Source: Alteromonadaceae bacterium (lineage in GTDB: Bacteria; Pseudomonadota; Gammaproteobacteria; Enterobacterales; Alteromonadaceae). Taken from it: 64,000 bases of DNA. Where the stretch lies: NCBI GenBank assembly GCA_965656875.1, contig CBFHMJ010000028.1:70292-134291 (forward strand), given 5' to 3'. Position numbers and translations under genes: made by a program. The stretch's first letter is position 1. Every line of letters begins with the position of its first letter. The notes under the pieces are model-generated. The model saw only the letters and a program-made list of their open reading frames with translations, did no database searches and had not been told where the DNA came from. Shown here one piece after another: positions 49,401-56,110 of this stretch.

Positions 49401-50306
49401 ATCAATGGCACCAACAGACACAACGCTGTCGTAGGAAGCCGGATAGTACAAGGAAGTATTCCCTCGGTTGCCTGCAGCGCCAAACGTCATTAGTCCGGCA
49501 GCCCAGGCATCATCAAAAGCTTGTTGTTCCAACTGACTCGGCTCACGCCCGGCCAGACTAATGTTGACAATATTGGCGCCAGCTTCACGGCATTGGTTCA
49601 GCGCATCAATCATGTCTGAACCCCAGATACTCCAGTAATTAGGGTTGTGGATGATCTTCACATTATGAATATTCAGCACATTACCGTGATTAATGCCGCG
49701 AATACCGATGTTGTTCGTCACAGCGCTGATAATGCCAGCAACGTGTGTTCCGTGGCCGTAACTATCCTGCGACCACTCTCCCAAATCCACCTGTTCAGAC
49801 AATGTATTGCTCACACTGCCTGATACGTTGGCACCCTGCATTAAATCTTCATGAGTGATGTCATAACCCGTATCAACAATGCAAATACTGCGATTATCGC
49901 TCAGATCCGGGTAATCACCGGCGGCCTGAACGGTATGAAGCCCCCAGGGTTTTTGATCGGCTTGTAGATAGCGGCGGGGATCTTCTTCTATCAGGTCAAC
50001 TTCAGGATTGTTAGCGAGCATTTCGCGCTGCTGCGCATTCATCGTCACGGCCATACCATTGATTGAAGGCAGGTGTTTAACGACTGTGCCACCTTGTTGT
50101 TTAATCAGTGTTTGATGGCTGAGTCGTTGTTGGTCCGGGTGTATCAACTCAGCCGATTGTTTAAAGGAAACAATATATCGTTGCTGTTGCTGAACGTTTG
50201 AAAGGTCAGATTGTTTAGATAGTTGATTTTGATTGACGGCGGCAACCAGAGGAATGGCTGCAGGTAGTGTTAACAAGGTCAGAATTTTTTGGGGGAGTAT
50301 TCGCAT
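37410..50306 (-). CDS. Giant (4,298 aa) secreted subtilisin-like (peptidase S8) protease fused to ~6 large (~570 aa) modules containing hemolysin-type Ca-binding (GGxGxD) repeats and beta-rich repeats
   Basis: The signal peptide is MRILPQKILTLLTLPAAIPLVAAVNQ. The S8 catalytic triad motifs are CIVDTGYD (Asp), HGTHVAGII (His) and GTSVATPFVAGIAAQ (Ser).

Recurrent modules follow. Each starts with ...TEPTPGADILRGDDSDNYI...GGDDEIIGGFRVDGGDGNDIF...GGNGDDTIYG...GNGFDDIYV...GGADYDTVIFSGNYADYQIIDNGDGSY. Each then continues with a ~400-aa Trp/Tyr-rich region. Confidence 0.85.
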   Translation of the reverse strand: MRILPQKILTLLTLPAAIPLVAAVNQNQLSKQSDLSNVQQQQRYIVSFKQSAELIHPDQQRLSHQTLIKQQGGTVVKHLPSINGMAVTMNAQQREMLANNPEVDLIEEDPRRYLQADQKPWGLHTVQAAGDYPDLSDNRSICIVDTGYDITHEDLMQGANVSGSVSNTLSEQVDLGEWSQDSYGHGTHVAGIISAVTNNIGIRGINHGNVLNIHNVKIIHNPNYWSIWGSDMIDALNQCREAGANIVNISLAGREPSQLEQQAFDDAWAAGLMTFGAAGNRGNTSLYYPASYDSVVSVGAIDENNEAWRYTQKNAQIELVAPGVQVKSTFPGNQYREWDGTSVATPFVAGIAAQVWSRNPGCRNDNIRDFLQQSSLDLGEPGRDNTFGFGLVQLTDALALIDNHLCSGGPSLTGDIVVSIPANTNMHFSYLNNYANQPDNGVMTEHHSAGILYTPHTDFIGTDTFIYVDDQGNQGTVTIHVGLPDTGIETPLPDGSTDPIIQPLPGGGYVIVWEDNGVVYCQVFDPSGTAVTDVILVSDSGEQPDIAVNPVNGEFSLIWRDPNTGEIWCITFGPDYQPVGVPVLVSSSSTATGDIQYVGGRVVIAWTDNDTVYCVVFENYTLKTRLPATPGNSPIIQGLPDGSFYVIYFVNGQLVCQRYTPTGATIGDLIIISTSPTGSGGQVKMTPHPAGGFVIVWTRIDPATGRRICVMRRYGGNGSPITGEVIVGNGGSDNESSPGVTILNNGNVVIVWQSGSGGSSTIYVRYYDASGQPISDPLSVGSGSSNGANPSVTTLPDGRVVISYNGSNGHGVHMFPPITDASGTVIQAGSNDDDNLSSNSSDGIVNGGAGDDVITGNGSLFGDDDNDTIYIIGGPSNYADGGAGIDTVIFSGDRADYEITDNGDGSYLIRDLRPGSPDGDTIVINVEAVEFGDNRIPLPQTTIPLTTVDHIVQLDQNDSVIIPFITAPETLPEQGQLQDTANGWRYTPDQDFVGTDRITYRDTNNQLRYIRIETGLPGTGDLIPVEEGHYLRTWPLPDGHYFAAWRNTSNNSYVAKFDQSGNRISDRIHIHHHTNFPQIAVRDDGTIAVPLRYSSFSYTRIFNPDLTVAKTWINMGHGDGASGFAWLTNGNGVVSWYDDGYISYSIVDKNFETVEERNAFPDLPAFQYNHDIIPLRDGSFLIAGIVNGQIVTQRISHTGDRIGGPVTVSSSAITATNFYRQVELAELPQGGWVVSWSANRDEPGVGDGVYSRIFNAAGQPITAVIRVNQDTEGNPVISDIVARPDGGWTIVWHLRYGTNPYHYEAKIRHFDAQHQPLTDAQSITPSHITNDFWGSLAITADGKLTGGLTIDNKLLVWFFPTEPTPLADILRADDSDNFINTNDTTSIISTFGGDDEIIGGLRVDGGDGNDIFRDSVHVIGGNGDDTVYGAQTVDAGNGFDVIYVNGAATINGGADYDTVIFSGNYADYQIIDNGDGSYVIRDLRDGSPDGDTNVVNIEALEFADNQVNLGAQRPASPLDHIVQTATNEAVLIPFITSPELLPEHGLLHSEVSGWRYEPDTDYVGTDRITYRDNNNQLRNIRVEVGLPGNGDEQNLATGYYARLISLPDGTFYAHWRDTSVRSWIKRFDTAGNALGSAIQIHGSDANYPHLARRDDGTLAFTMLDSNTSYTRIYDADLNALTGWINSGSSNQMTAISWLNNDTAVLSWYYKGIIYFRQLDRNFEPGPVQRAFPDLSTPQYNNSVIALNDGGFLIAGVVAGQIVSQRFSHTGQPIGQPETVSSTSVTGTGYYRQVELERLAQGGWLIGWNRDGEIPGDGDGIYLRQYHADGTAATTAIRVDTHTEGTPVFSDLVIRADGGWTAAWFTHYGSNNYTYDTHLRHYDRTGQPLTEPLPVNNVIAGNQYWPALTQLTDGRIVGVQNNPDGQLTLFFLTEPTPGADILRGDDSNNYIEASDDSLINTFGGDDEIIGGFRVDGGDGNDVFRGSVHVIGGNGDDTVYGAQTVDAGNGFDDIYVNGAATIDGGADYDTVIFSSNYADYQIIDNGDGSYVIRDLRDGSPDGDVTINNIEAVEFADNRISLVAPLLASPLDHIVQTAMNEAVLIPFVTSPENLPEHGLLHSEASGWRYEPDTDYVGTDRITYRDDNDQLRTIRVEVGLPGNGDEQNLATGYYARLISLPDGTFYAHWRDTSVRSWIKRFDTAGNALGSAIQIHGSDANYPHLARRDDGTLAFTMLDSNTSYTRIYDADLNALTGWINSGSSNQMTAISWLNNDTAVLSWYYNGIIYFRQLDRNFEAGPVQRAFPDLATPQYNNSVIALNDGGFLIAGVVAGQIVSQRFSHTGQPIGQPETVSSTSVTGTGYYRQVELERLAQGGWLIGWNRDGEIPGDGDGIYLRQYHADGTAATAAIRVDTHTEGTPVFSDLVIRADGGWTAAWYTSYGSNPYTYDTLLRHFDHTGQPLTKPIPVNNVIAGNQYWPALTQLADGRIVGAQNNPDRQLTLFFLTEPTPGADILRGDDSDNYIDASDDSIISTFGGDDEIIGGFRVDGGDGNDIFRGSIHVIGGNGDDTIYGAQTVDAGNGFDDIYVNGTATIDGGADYDTVIFSGNYADYQIIDNGDGSYVIRDLRDGSPDGDTNVVNIEALEFADNRVNLGTQRPASPLDHIVQTATNEAVLIPFITSPEQLPEHGLLHSEVSGWRYEPDTDYVGTDRITYRDNNNQLRNIRVEVGLPGNGDEQNLATGYYARLISLPDGTFYAHWRDTSVRSWIKRFDAAGNALGSTIQIHGSDANYPHLARRDDGTLAVTMLDSNTSYTRIYDADLNALTGWINSGSSNQMTAVSWLNNDTAVLSWYYNGIIYFRQLDRNFEAGPVQRAFPDLATPQYNNSVIALNDGGFLIAGVVAGQIVSQRFSHTGQPIGLPETVSTTSVTGTGYYRQVELEPLAQGGWLIGWNRDGEIPGDGDGIYLRQYHPDGTAATAAIRVDTHTEGTPVFSDLVIRADGGWTAAWYTSYGSNPYTYDTLLRHFDHTGQPLTKPIPVNNVIAGNQYWPALTQLADGRIVGAQNNPDRQLTLFFLTEPTPGADILRGDDSDNYIDASDDSIISTFGGDDEIIGGFRVDGGDGNDIFRGSIHVIGGNGDDTIYGAQTVDAGNGFDDIYVNGTATIDGGADYDTVIFSGNYADYQIIDNGDGSYLIRDLRANSPDGDISMRDVEAIEFADNRRSLPLNEGQSLLTIDHIVQTNINEGIVMPFITSPDVLPEHGLLHSDAGGWRFEPEADFIGSDFIHYTDNTGTKRIIRVEVGLAANGSWSDFATGYYSQVVPLADGTFYAAWRSTGDDVYMGHFDINGQPTRNHLLIDSTNATAPRIAARPDGMFFTTEYDSGTSYTKFFNADFTAASGWFASGSSYNETAGAWLADGSAVITWFTGGKVYFRQFSRELDAGDYQQAFPEYGATQYSSDIAALPDGSFVIAALVEQHITAQRFSHTGQRLGEPVIFSSTPIAFHRNYRVIEVTALPQGGYVVAWTQKSGATGDDNYAVVAQQVDIDGNFVTDAITVNQTTIHDQYLTEITALADGGWIIGWYSRTDAGVEHWEAYSRQFNAHGSPISDEQFIVNWKQASQYWPSFATLTDGRIVSVFNRQDSQLSLSFIQPATTQQNILRGDDGDNLVYANTADIVNTGAGNDEINGGFRVNGGNGDNIFTNSVHVTAGSGHDVITGASTVQSGAGFDDIYVTREVVVDGGADTDTVIFTGNYNDYQIIDHGDGWYSILDIRSGSPDGESRVKNIEVLEFADDRISIPFNTGQNLKHWDHLVQVDQNASVLIPFIVSPNTLPDHGLLHNEASGWRFEPHADFVGVDSLTYTDNQGANRSVRLEVGLTGNGSFYTLSSGYYSQVEPLADDTFYAIWRSTGDDVYVGHFDRQGQPTRNYLLVDSTNATAPRIAARDDGVFFTTEYDSGTSYTKFFNADFTARTGWHSSGSSGNETAGVWLNNGASVITWFTGGRVYYRMFDREHNPGNYLHAFPDLVANQYLSDLVVLADGSFVIAAWIDQQIVAQRFSHTGSRIGSPVIISTNSVPYYNHYRLVEITALPQGDYVVSWTQKTGIEGDDYYAVAARQMAANGTFKTEVMRVNQTTEHDQFVTDIVAMPDGGWVVGWHSRLTAGQSDWEALLRRYNADGHPVTDEQYLANYLDSNQYWPSFAVLSDGRLVAAYNQSNATMKLVFPSMATEQDDIFRSMPGNQLIYGRGGLDTIYYPALNSDFTELNNEDGSLTIEDNRSGSPEGLDWLFELEFPLFQNESISNMNN
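39000..47600. repeat. Tandem array of ~1,710-bp (570-codon) repeat units inside the S8-protease gene; inner units share >500-bp stretches of 100% DNA identity
   Basis: Plus-strand antisense ORFs 40770..41282 and 42480..42992 are identical and offset by exactly 1710 bp. ORFs 43074..43697 and 44784..45407 are near-identical at the same offset. ORFs 44037..44354 and 46081..46401 are further diverged copies. About 600 bp around 40800-41395 and 42510-43105 is letter-for-letter identical. The array boundaries given are approximate. Confidence 0.85.
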
Positions 50307-50559
50307 AGTAACTATTCCATAAGTTATTGCTGGATTATTAAGCGGAACAAAATAGCGAATGCGAATAAAAGGTACAAGTTATTTGTTTGAACTTTTTATT
50401 AAAAAATATAAATCAGATGATTTTTATAATGAAATTAAGAGGTGTTTAATGTGGATGTATAAGTACGTATAACTGGATATTTAAATGGGTAATTCATCAT
50501 TGAAGTACCCACTATAGTTTAAATAAACGATTTACTGTGTATAAAGTGAAAGTTGATTC

Positions 50560-52482
50560 CTAATTACAACTACCTGATTCCCAGTTCTCTCCATCTGTTG
50601 AACGCAATACATTCAATCCCCAGGTTGAACCTTCAAGTGGTGCATCTGTGCCGGCTGCAAAGTAATCGGGAGCCAGTGGATTACCTGTGCTGTAAGCGCG
50701 ACCAGCAACTTTATGGTAGTAATTGTAAGCAGAGTGCTCAACACAGTCATCGCCGTTGCTGCCACCAGAACCGCCACCATTTCCACCGCCCTGACTACCA
50801 GAACAGGCTATAGCTGGTCCTTTACAACTGGCATCATCATCTTGCCATACGCATTGATTACTACCTGTTGATGTTTCCCACAGTTTAAATGCGGCGGTGC
50901 CGTATTCCAGATAGCAGGTGGAATATTCAACATAGGATAAACGGCCAGCGGAAATGTGTTGATCCAGCGTGGCTGTCTGGCCGGCATCGATAGTGAAATT
51001 CACAGTATCTGTGGTACTGAGTCCTGCGGCATCTCGCGCCGTGACCGTTGCAGTGTTTGCGCCACCAGGCAGATTACATTGTGTTGCACTGAAACTGGAC
51101 TGGTTAATGTCAGCAGTAACGGTGCCATTGGCAAATGCAACGTTAACGGTTGCCAGATCCTGATTAACATCAGCGACATTGCCAGACACCGTAGCGCACT
51201 GTCCATCAACCGAAGCGGAAATATTACTCAGTTCTGGAGCCGTAGCAGGGGGCGGCGTACCCACATAAACCGATTCGACGACAGATTCACCATCTTTGCC
51301 TTCGTTATCCGTTGCGGTAACAGTCACGAAGTATAAGCCATCCGGCAGAGCGCGGCTGACGATTGAAAAGTTACCAGAACCATCGACCTGAGCTGACTGA
51401 CCGTCATCATTGCCGTTTTGATCGTCGAATAAAGCATTGACGACAGTGACACTACCTTCGGCATCGGTCGCATTTCCGCTGAGGGTAATCTGATTGCTAT
51501 CGCTGGACAGTTGGATATTTGTCAGTGACGGGCCCTGATTGCGGTCAACCCGATTGTTGTATGTGGCGAAATAGTTGCCGAGATAATCGGCGTAGTTAAT
51601 GCTGGCTGATGTGATGTAAGAGCCACTGGCCCCGGAACCGCCCGACCAGGCGTGATCGGCATTAGTAAGCCAGAGTTTAGACACACGACCATCCTGCCAT
51701 AGCGTTTCCTCGGCGGAGCGGGTGCCTTCTGTAATGGTCTTAGTGCCTCCCGTTTGACTGACGCCGTACACAGCTGCCATGCCTGTAGAATTCTGGTCGT
51801 TATAACAAAGATTTACAGTTGTATCTTTATCACCCATCGCAATTGAAGCGATCTGATTATCGAAATGGCTGGCATAGCTACCAGCATAAGAGACACATCG
51901 GGCACGAACATCGGCTGTTTCACACGGACCGATGGCACCACTGGAGCTGGTGCCAATACTTGGGCCCGCACTAATGCCCATTCCTGCAAACACATCAGGT
52001 GCCAGACAGGCGGTAGTATTGGCAAATGCAGCACCTGATGACAGCCCGGCAATATAAACCTGATTACTATCAATATTATAGCTGGCATTGTCTTTTAGCG
52101 TCGTGGCGAGAGATATTAGATTTTTGTAATCCCCGGCACTGCGAGATTTAGCCCCTTGCCAGTATGACCAGCAGCTAAATCCAGCTTTATTCATGGCATC
52201 AGGAACAGCGATCACCATGCCGTGCTTGTCAGCCGCTGCTTCGAGGTTAGCGGATAAATACGCATCGATGGACTGTGTACAACCATGTAATACGATGAGT
52301 AATGAACGGCCATTACCAATGGATGATGTGCTGTCTGGCACATACAGGTGAACCCGGTTAAAACCACCGATGGATTGATTGTTTTTCCAACTGGCAGCTT
52401 CGGCAGTTGTGCTGACGCTGGCAAATGTGGTTGCCAGTGCCAGCGGAGCGATACGGAGTAATGTTGATGATTTAGTTCTCAT
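50560..52482 (-). CDS. Secreted esterase of the PHB-depolymerase/feruloyl-esterase family with Ig-like middle region and C-terminal Cys-rich putative binding domain
   Basis: The signal peptide is MRTKSSTLLRIAPLALATTFASVSTTAEA. The catalytic region has LIVLHGCTQS and a GLSSGAAF nucleophile elbow (GxSxG). A long Ser/Thr/Asn-rich beta region follows. The C-terminal domain has paired Cys and a Gly/Ser linker (GGGNGGGSGGSNG) before it. Confidence 0.5.
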   Translation of the reverse strand: MRTKSSTLLRIAPLALATTFASVSTTAEAASWKNNQSIGGFNRVHLYVPDSTSSIGNGRSLLIVLHGCTQSIDAYLSANLEAAADKHGMVIAVPDAMNKAGFSCWSYWQGAKSRSAGDYKNLISLATTLKDNASYNIDSNQVYIAGLSSGAAFANTTACLAPDVFAGMGISAGPSIGTSSSGAIGPCETADVRARCVSYAGSYASHFDNQIASIAMGDKDTTVNLCYNDQNSTGMAAVYGVSQTGGTKTITEGTRSAEETLWQDGRVSKLWLTNADHAWSGGSGASGSYITSASINYADYLGNYFATYNNRVDRNQGPSLTNIQLSSDSNQITLSGNATDAEGSVTVVNALFDDQNGNDDGQSAQVDGSGNFSIVSRALPDGLYFVTVTATDNEGKDGESVVESVYVGTPPPATAPELSNISASVDGQCATVSGNVADVNQDLATVNVAFANGTVTADINQSSFSATQCNLPGGANTATVTARDAAGLSTTDTVNFTIDAGQTATLDQHISAGRLSYVEYSTCYLEYGTAAFKLWETSTGSNQCVWQDDDASCKGPAIACSGSQGGGNGGGSGGSNGDDCVEHSAYNYYHKVAGRAYSTGNPLAPDYFAAGTDAPLEGSTWGLNVLRSTDGENWESGSCN

Positions 52483-52637
52483 TGTTGTTCCCCTTATTGT
52501 TTTATTATGTGGAGGCTTTGTGATCAGGGACGCTTAATGAGCAAATATTACACCCGCACAAAAAACGCCCTGATTATTACATTAGGGTGACAATGGTCTA
52601 AATTCATTAACACTTTAGTATTGAATATAAGCGGTGA

Positions 52638-53315
52638 TTACGTCGTAATCAGAGCGGATTCCTGCTGGTAGATACCGTGTAAAAGTTGATTAATGCCTTT
52701 CATAATATCCTGTTGCTGTTCATCCGTTATTTCATTGAATGTATTAAGAATATTTAGCGTGATCACATCAGCTTCGGCTTCGCTGTCCCAGGTGGAATGT
52801 TCTGCCAGTGGTTGATAAAACGTCGTGGGTAGCTCCTGCGATTTGCACGCGTTGACGAAAACCTGATTAAACTGCAAGGTCGGTACATCAAACAAAACCA
52901 GCGAACAATAAAACGTGAGCGGTTCTTCTGTCGCAATTGTCGTGAGGGTGTCTAATAAAGGGTTCGACTGGTTTTGATCAACCGTGATATCTACCGCTGA
53001 CAAAGCTTCGGCAATCAGCGGTTCATGGTCCACACATTGCTGACTGAGTTTTGTCAATTGTGCTGAAATGACCGGAGTTGCTCCGCCGCTTTGCTGTCCA
53101 GCAACTTTTTCTATCACTTTGGGAAGATGATTAAGCAGTTGATAATACGCGACAACATAATCAATTAATTCCTGCCGCGTGGCTTCTTCTTCAAACATTC
53201 GCAAAAACATGGGGGCATCTCCCAGTTCCACCTGACAATCATCAATGTCATGCATCAGTCGTTTAAAGTAAAAATCATGGCCTGTCATAGCAGATGGGGG
53301 AGCAGAAGCTTTCAT
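52638..53315 (-). CDS. Hypothetical protein (225 aa), possibly heme-oxygenase-like/CADD-type helical di-iron fold
   Basis: It is acidic and helical. E...H spacing patterns are present (FEEEATRQELIDYVVAYYQLLNH; PLAEHSTWDSEAE). The assignment is weak. It is divergent from the PKS cluster across an AT-rich gap. Confidence 0.3.
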   Translation of the reverse strand: MKASAPPSAMTGHDFYFKRLMHDIDDCQVELGDAPMFLRMFEEEATRQELIDYVVAYYQLLNHLPKVIEKVAGQQSGGATPVISAQLTKLSQQCVDHEPLIAEALSAVDITVDQNQSNPLLDTLTTIATEEPLTFYCSLVLFDVPTLQFNQVFVNACKSQELPTTFYQPLAEHSTWDSEAEADVITLNILNTFNEITDEQQQDIMKGINQLLHGIYQQESALITT

Positions 53316-54073
53316 AATTCAGTGCCTTTTAATCATTATTGAACGAGACAGCGTGTGTAACATATTGATACACAGAGATTGTTAAGCAGAGATGACAAGA
53401 AACTGAGTGTAAAAGAATTAGCAACAAATAACTATATTTCTGGTGTGAGGTATGTCATTGCTAATGAAATGACCCAGTTCCACATTTGTATATATGTTTG
53501 CCTTTGGTTTTTCGTCTGATTTTTAGGTAGGTGTTACTAAGAGTCATGGAAACACAACTAAAGAAATTTAATGTGCGTGATTTACAGTATTTGTGACGGC
53601 AGTAAATTTAATTCAGTGTTTAATTATGTTTCTTGTTTAAATACATTATTTGGTGGTTTTTAAATACTCAAATATGAATTAAATAGTTTAACAGAGAAGC
53701 AGTTTCTATATCTGTTGCTTTATGTTTATTTGCTAATACAAGGAATTACCAGTCAATTGTAATTAAAATGTAAATTATAGCTGTCGAAATATGGCTCTTT
53801 TTTGTCAATCTTTACCTGTCTATATCGGAATTATTATTTAATATAATTAACTAACTTGTGTTGATGATTCTTAAAATTAACAAATATACCTGTTGTTGTC
53901 CCTTTCTATACATCAATCTATATAAAATGTATCTATATTAGATCCAATATTGTTTAGATTATACTCAGTGATATAAAGGATAACATATTAATGGTACAAA
54001 CTGTCGGTTGAAATGTTTACATAAATTTTACGCCGTGTTTATATTCAAAAAAACAACATATATGAATATTAAT

Positions 54074-54089
54074 CCCCGGAAACACGGGG
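54074..54089 (+). promoter_or_regulatory. Perfect GC hairpin (CCCCG-gaaaca-CGGGG) in 5' leader of the dioxygenase gene
   Basis: It lies 29 nt upstream of the ATG at 54118, inside an otherwise AT-rich leader. It could be an attenuator, a processing site or a protein-binding hairpin. Confidence 0.25.
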
Positions 54090-54117
54090 AATATGACGCG
54101 ACAGGAAAATTTAAATC

Positions 54118-55017
54118 ATGAAAACTACCATTCTGACTGGTTCAATCAATCAAGTAGAAGTATCAGATTTCAATTATAAAAATGCATCTGAAGCTGATAT
54201 TCAGGCGTTAAAATCGCTTGTTTACGAGAATAAAATCGTCATTTTTAAAAACCAACATCTTTCGCCATCTGAATACGTTGAATTTTCAAAAATGTTTGGG
54301 ATACCAGAGGCTTACTACCAGCCTATGTATCATCATCCGGAAGAAAAAGAGATCTTTGTTTCTTCAAATGTGCCAAAAGACGGGCGTCAGGTTGGCGTTC
54401 CTCGTACCGGAAAGTTTTGGCATGCAGATTACTCATTTATGAAGAAACCTTTTGCATTCACACTAATATACCCACAGGTCATTCCGACAAAAACACGAGG
54501 CACTTACTTCATAGACATGGGGAAGATGTTTGCGACGTTGTCTGACGAAAACAAAGAAAAGCTTGAAGGAATGACGTGTAAACAATCTGTTCGAAAATAC
54601 TTCAAAATTCGACCTTCTGACGTTTATCGTCCCATCAGTGAAATTTTAAAAGAAATTGAGCAGGAAACCCCGGAAGTCGTCCATAAAGCGGTATTCACTC
54701 ATCCCATAACAGGGGAAGAAATCCTGTATATCAGCGAAGGCTTTAGCCAGGAAATGTTTGATAAAGATAATCAGTCTGTCGGAACAGAGTTTCTTGATGA
54801 GTTACTGACATTAAGCGGCCAAAAAGACAGTGATTTCAATCATGATCTTTTGCATCTTCAACGTTTTGATAAAGGCGATCTGTTGTTTTGGGATAACCGT
54901 TCACTCGTTCATTGTGCTCTGCATACAGATGCTGTTGAGCCAACAGAGTCTTATCGGATAACACTGCATGATGATCACGACTTTTATGAAAACGTTCACG
55001 CATATAACCAGTCCTGA
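54118..55017 (+). CDS. TauD/TfdA-family Fe(II)/2-oxoglutarate-dependent dioxygenase (tailoring hydroxylase)
   Basis: The HxD facial-triad motif is WHADYSF. The C-terminal segment is DNRSLVHCA (second His and the Arg that binds 2OG). The protein is 299 aa. Confidence 0.75.
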   Translation: MKTTILTGSINQVEVSDFNYKNASEADIQALKSLVYENKIVIFKNQHLSPSEYVEFSKMFGIPEAYYQPMYHHPEEKEIFVSSNVPKDGRQVGVPRTGKFWHADYSFMKKPFAFTLIYPQVIPTKTRGTYFIDMGKMFATLSDENKEKLEGMTCKQSVRKYFKIRPSDVYRPISEILKEIEQETPEVVHKAVFTHPITGEEILYISEGFSQEMFDKDNQSVGTEFLDELLTLSGQKDSDFNHDLLHLQRFDKGDLLFWDNRSLVHCALHTDAVEPTESYRITLHDDHDFYENVHAYNQS

Positions 55018-55162
55018 AAGGTCATACGTAGTCAGTGATTTGTTACCCGCAATTTTAAATTCGTTACACCAATTTTAATGTAATTGATTAGGCAACTCGC
55101 ATAAAACCACGGCATAGCGCTTTCAAAAACAAATAAAACGTATAAAAAAGGAAGACAGAACA

Positions 55163-55696
55163 ATGAGAGCAATCAAAGAACCATCACAGATTATTAAATA
55201 TCCGGACGATCCAACATTACTGAAACAAGTAATGAAACCGTATAAAGATAATTGTCAGTATTTAAAAACGACTAATTTAACGACAGAAGGAATTTTGTCT
55301 GATGGCGAATATCTGACTGGTAACGCACAATTTTCGATTCCTGAGTCTTGTTACATTGACGACACCGGGCATTTTAACGCGGTTGAATTTAACATCTGTT
55401 ATAACCAGTTGATGTACTACACCATTGCTAAGGCAGTCAAAGAGCAAGCAGCTGAAATGTTTGATGACTGGGATATGGAAACTTATTGGCGTCGTCAGCT
55501 TCCTGATATTTTGATTGTTGATTTCAAAAGTAGTTTTAAACGCCCCCTCAATTCAAATGAATTCTTTGGCGAAATCGAATTTATTTCATCCCGAGCAATT
55601 AAATCCTTCCAATATATCAATACCTTAATTCGATTTACTGATGGTGAGAATGGCTACTGTGAAGGTGCCGTGAAACTGGCCATTATCAACAGTTAA
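55163..55696 (+). CDS. Hotdog-fold protein (FcoT/FabZ-like thioesterase or dehydratase), PKS accessory
   Basis: The size is 177 aa. A GHFNAVEFNICYNQLMYYTIA segment resembles the central-helix region of hotdog enzymes. It sits immediately upstream of an ACP and a PKS. This call is low confidence. Confidence 0.35.
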   Translation: MRAIKEPSQIIKYPDDPTLLKQVMKPYKDNCQYLKTTNLTTEGILSDGEYLTGNAQFSIPESCYIDDTGHFNAVEFNICYNQLMYYTIAKAVKEQAAEMFDDWDMETYWRRQLPDILIVDFKSSFKRPLNSNEFFGEIEFISSRAIKSFQYINTLIRFTDGENGYCEGAVKLAIINS

Positions 55697-55712
55697 ATTT
55701 CGAGGATTAATT

Positions 55713-56105
55713 ATGTCAGCAAATATCCTGGCGCAATTAAACGCGTTACCGAGGCTTGATCAGAAAGATTTTCTGGCTGAGTACGTTAAAGGTGAGTTCA
55801 AAAACGCATTGTATATGGCTGAATCTGACGATATTGCGACGAATGTGAGCATCTTCGATCTTGGTCTGAATTCGTTGGGTGCAGAAACGTTAAAACAGCG
55901 TTTTGAGCAGCAATTGCAATGCAATATCGACACAACGGATTTCTTTGCTAATCCAACAATCGATTACTTCATCATAAATCTGTGTGAGCGGTTATTTGAT
56001 GAAGAAAAGGCATTCGAGAAGCAGGCAGATGGTTCGCAAATGCATGACATGGTTAATGAAATGTTAAGCACTCTGTACGGTACCGGCAATTCTCCAAAAG
56101 GGTAA
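55713..56105 (+). CDS. Stand-alone acyl carrier protein (phosphopantetheine-binding)
   Basis: FDLGLNSLGAETLKQRF contains the (D/N)SL phosphopantetheine-attachment serine motif. The protein is 130 aa. Confidence 0.65.
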   Translation: MSANILAQLNALPRLDQKDFLAEYVKGEFKNALYMAESDDIATNVSIFDLGLNSLGAETLKQRFEQQLQCNIDTTDFFANPTIDYFIINLCERLFDEEKAFEKQADGSQMHDMVNEMLSTLYGTGNSPKG

Positions 56106-56110
56106 AAATC

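Noticed and set aside
37410-50306. RTX toxin secreted by a type I system
   Set aside because: The protein has GGxGxD repeats, but it also has a classical N-terminal Sec signal peptide and an N-terminal S8 protease domain. It has no acidic C-terminal T1SS signal, and no ABC/MFP/TolC genes are present in the window.
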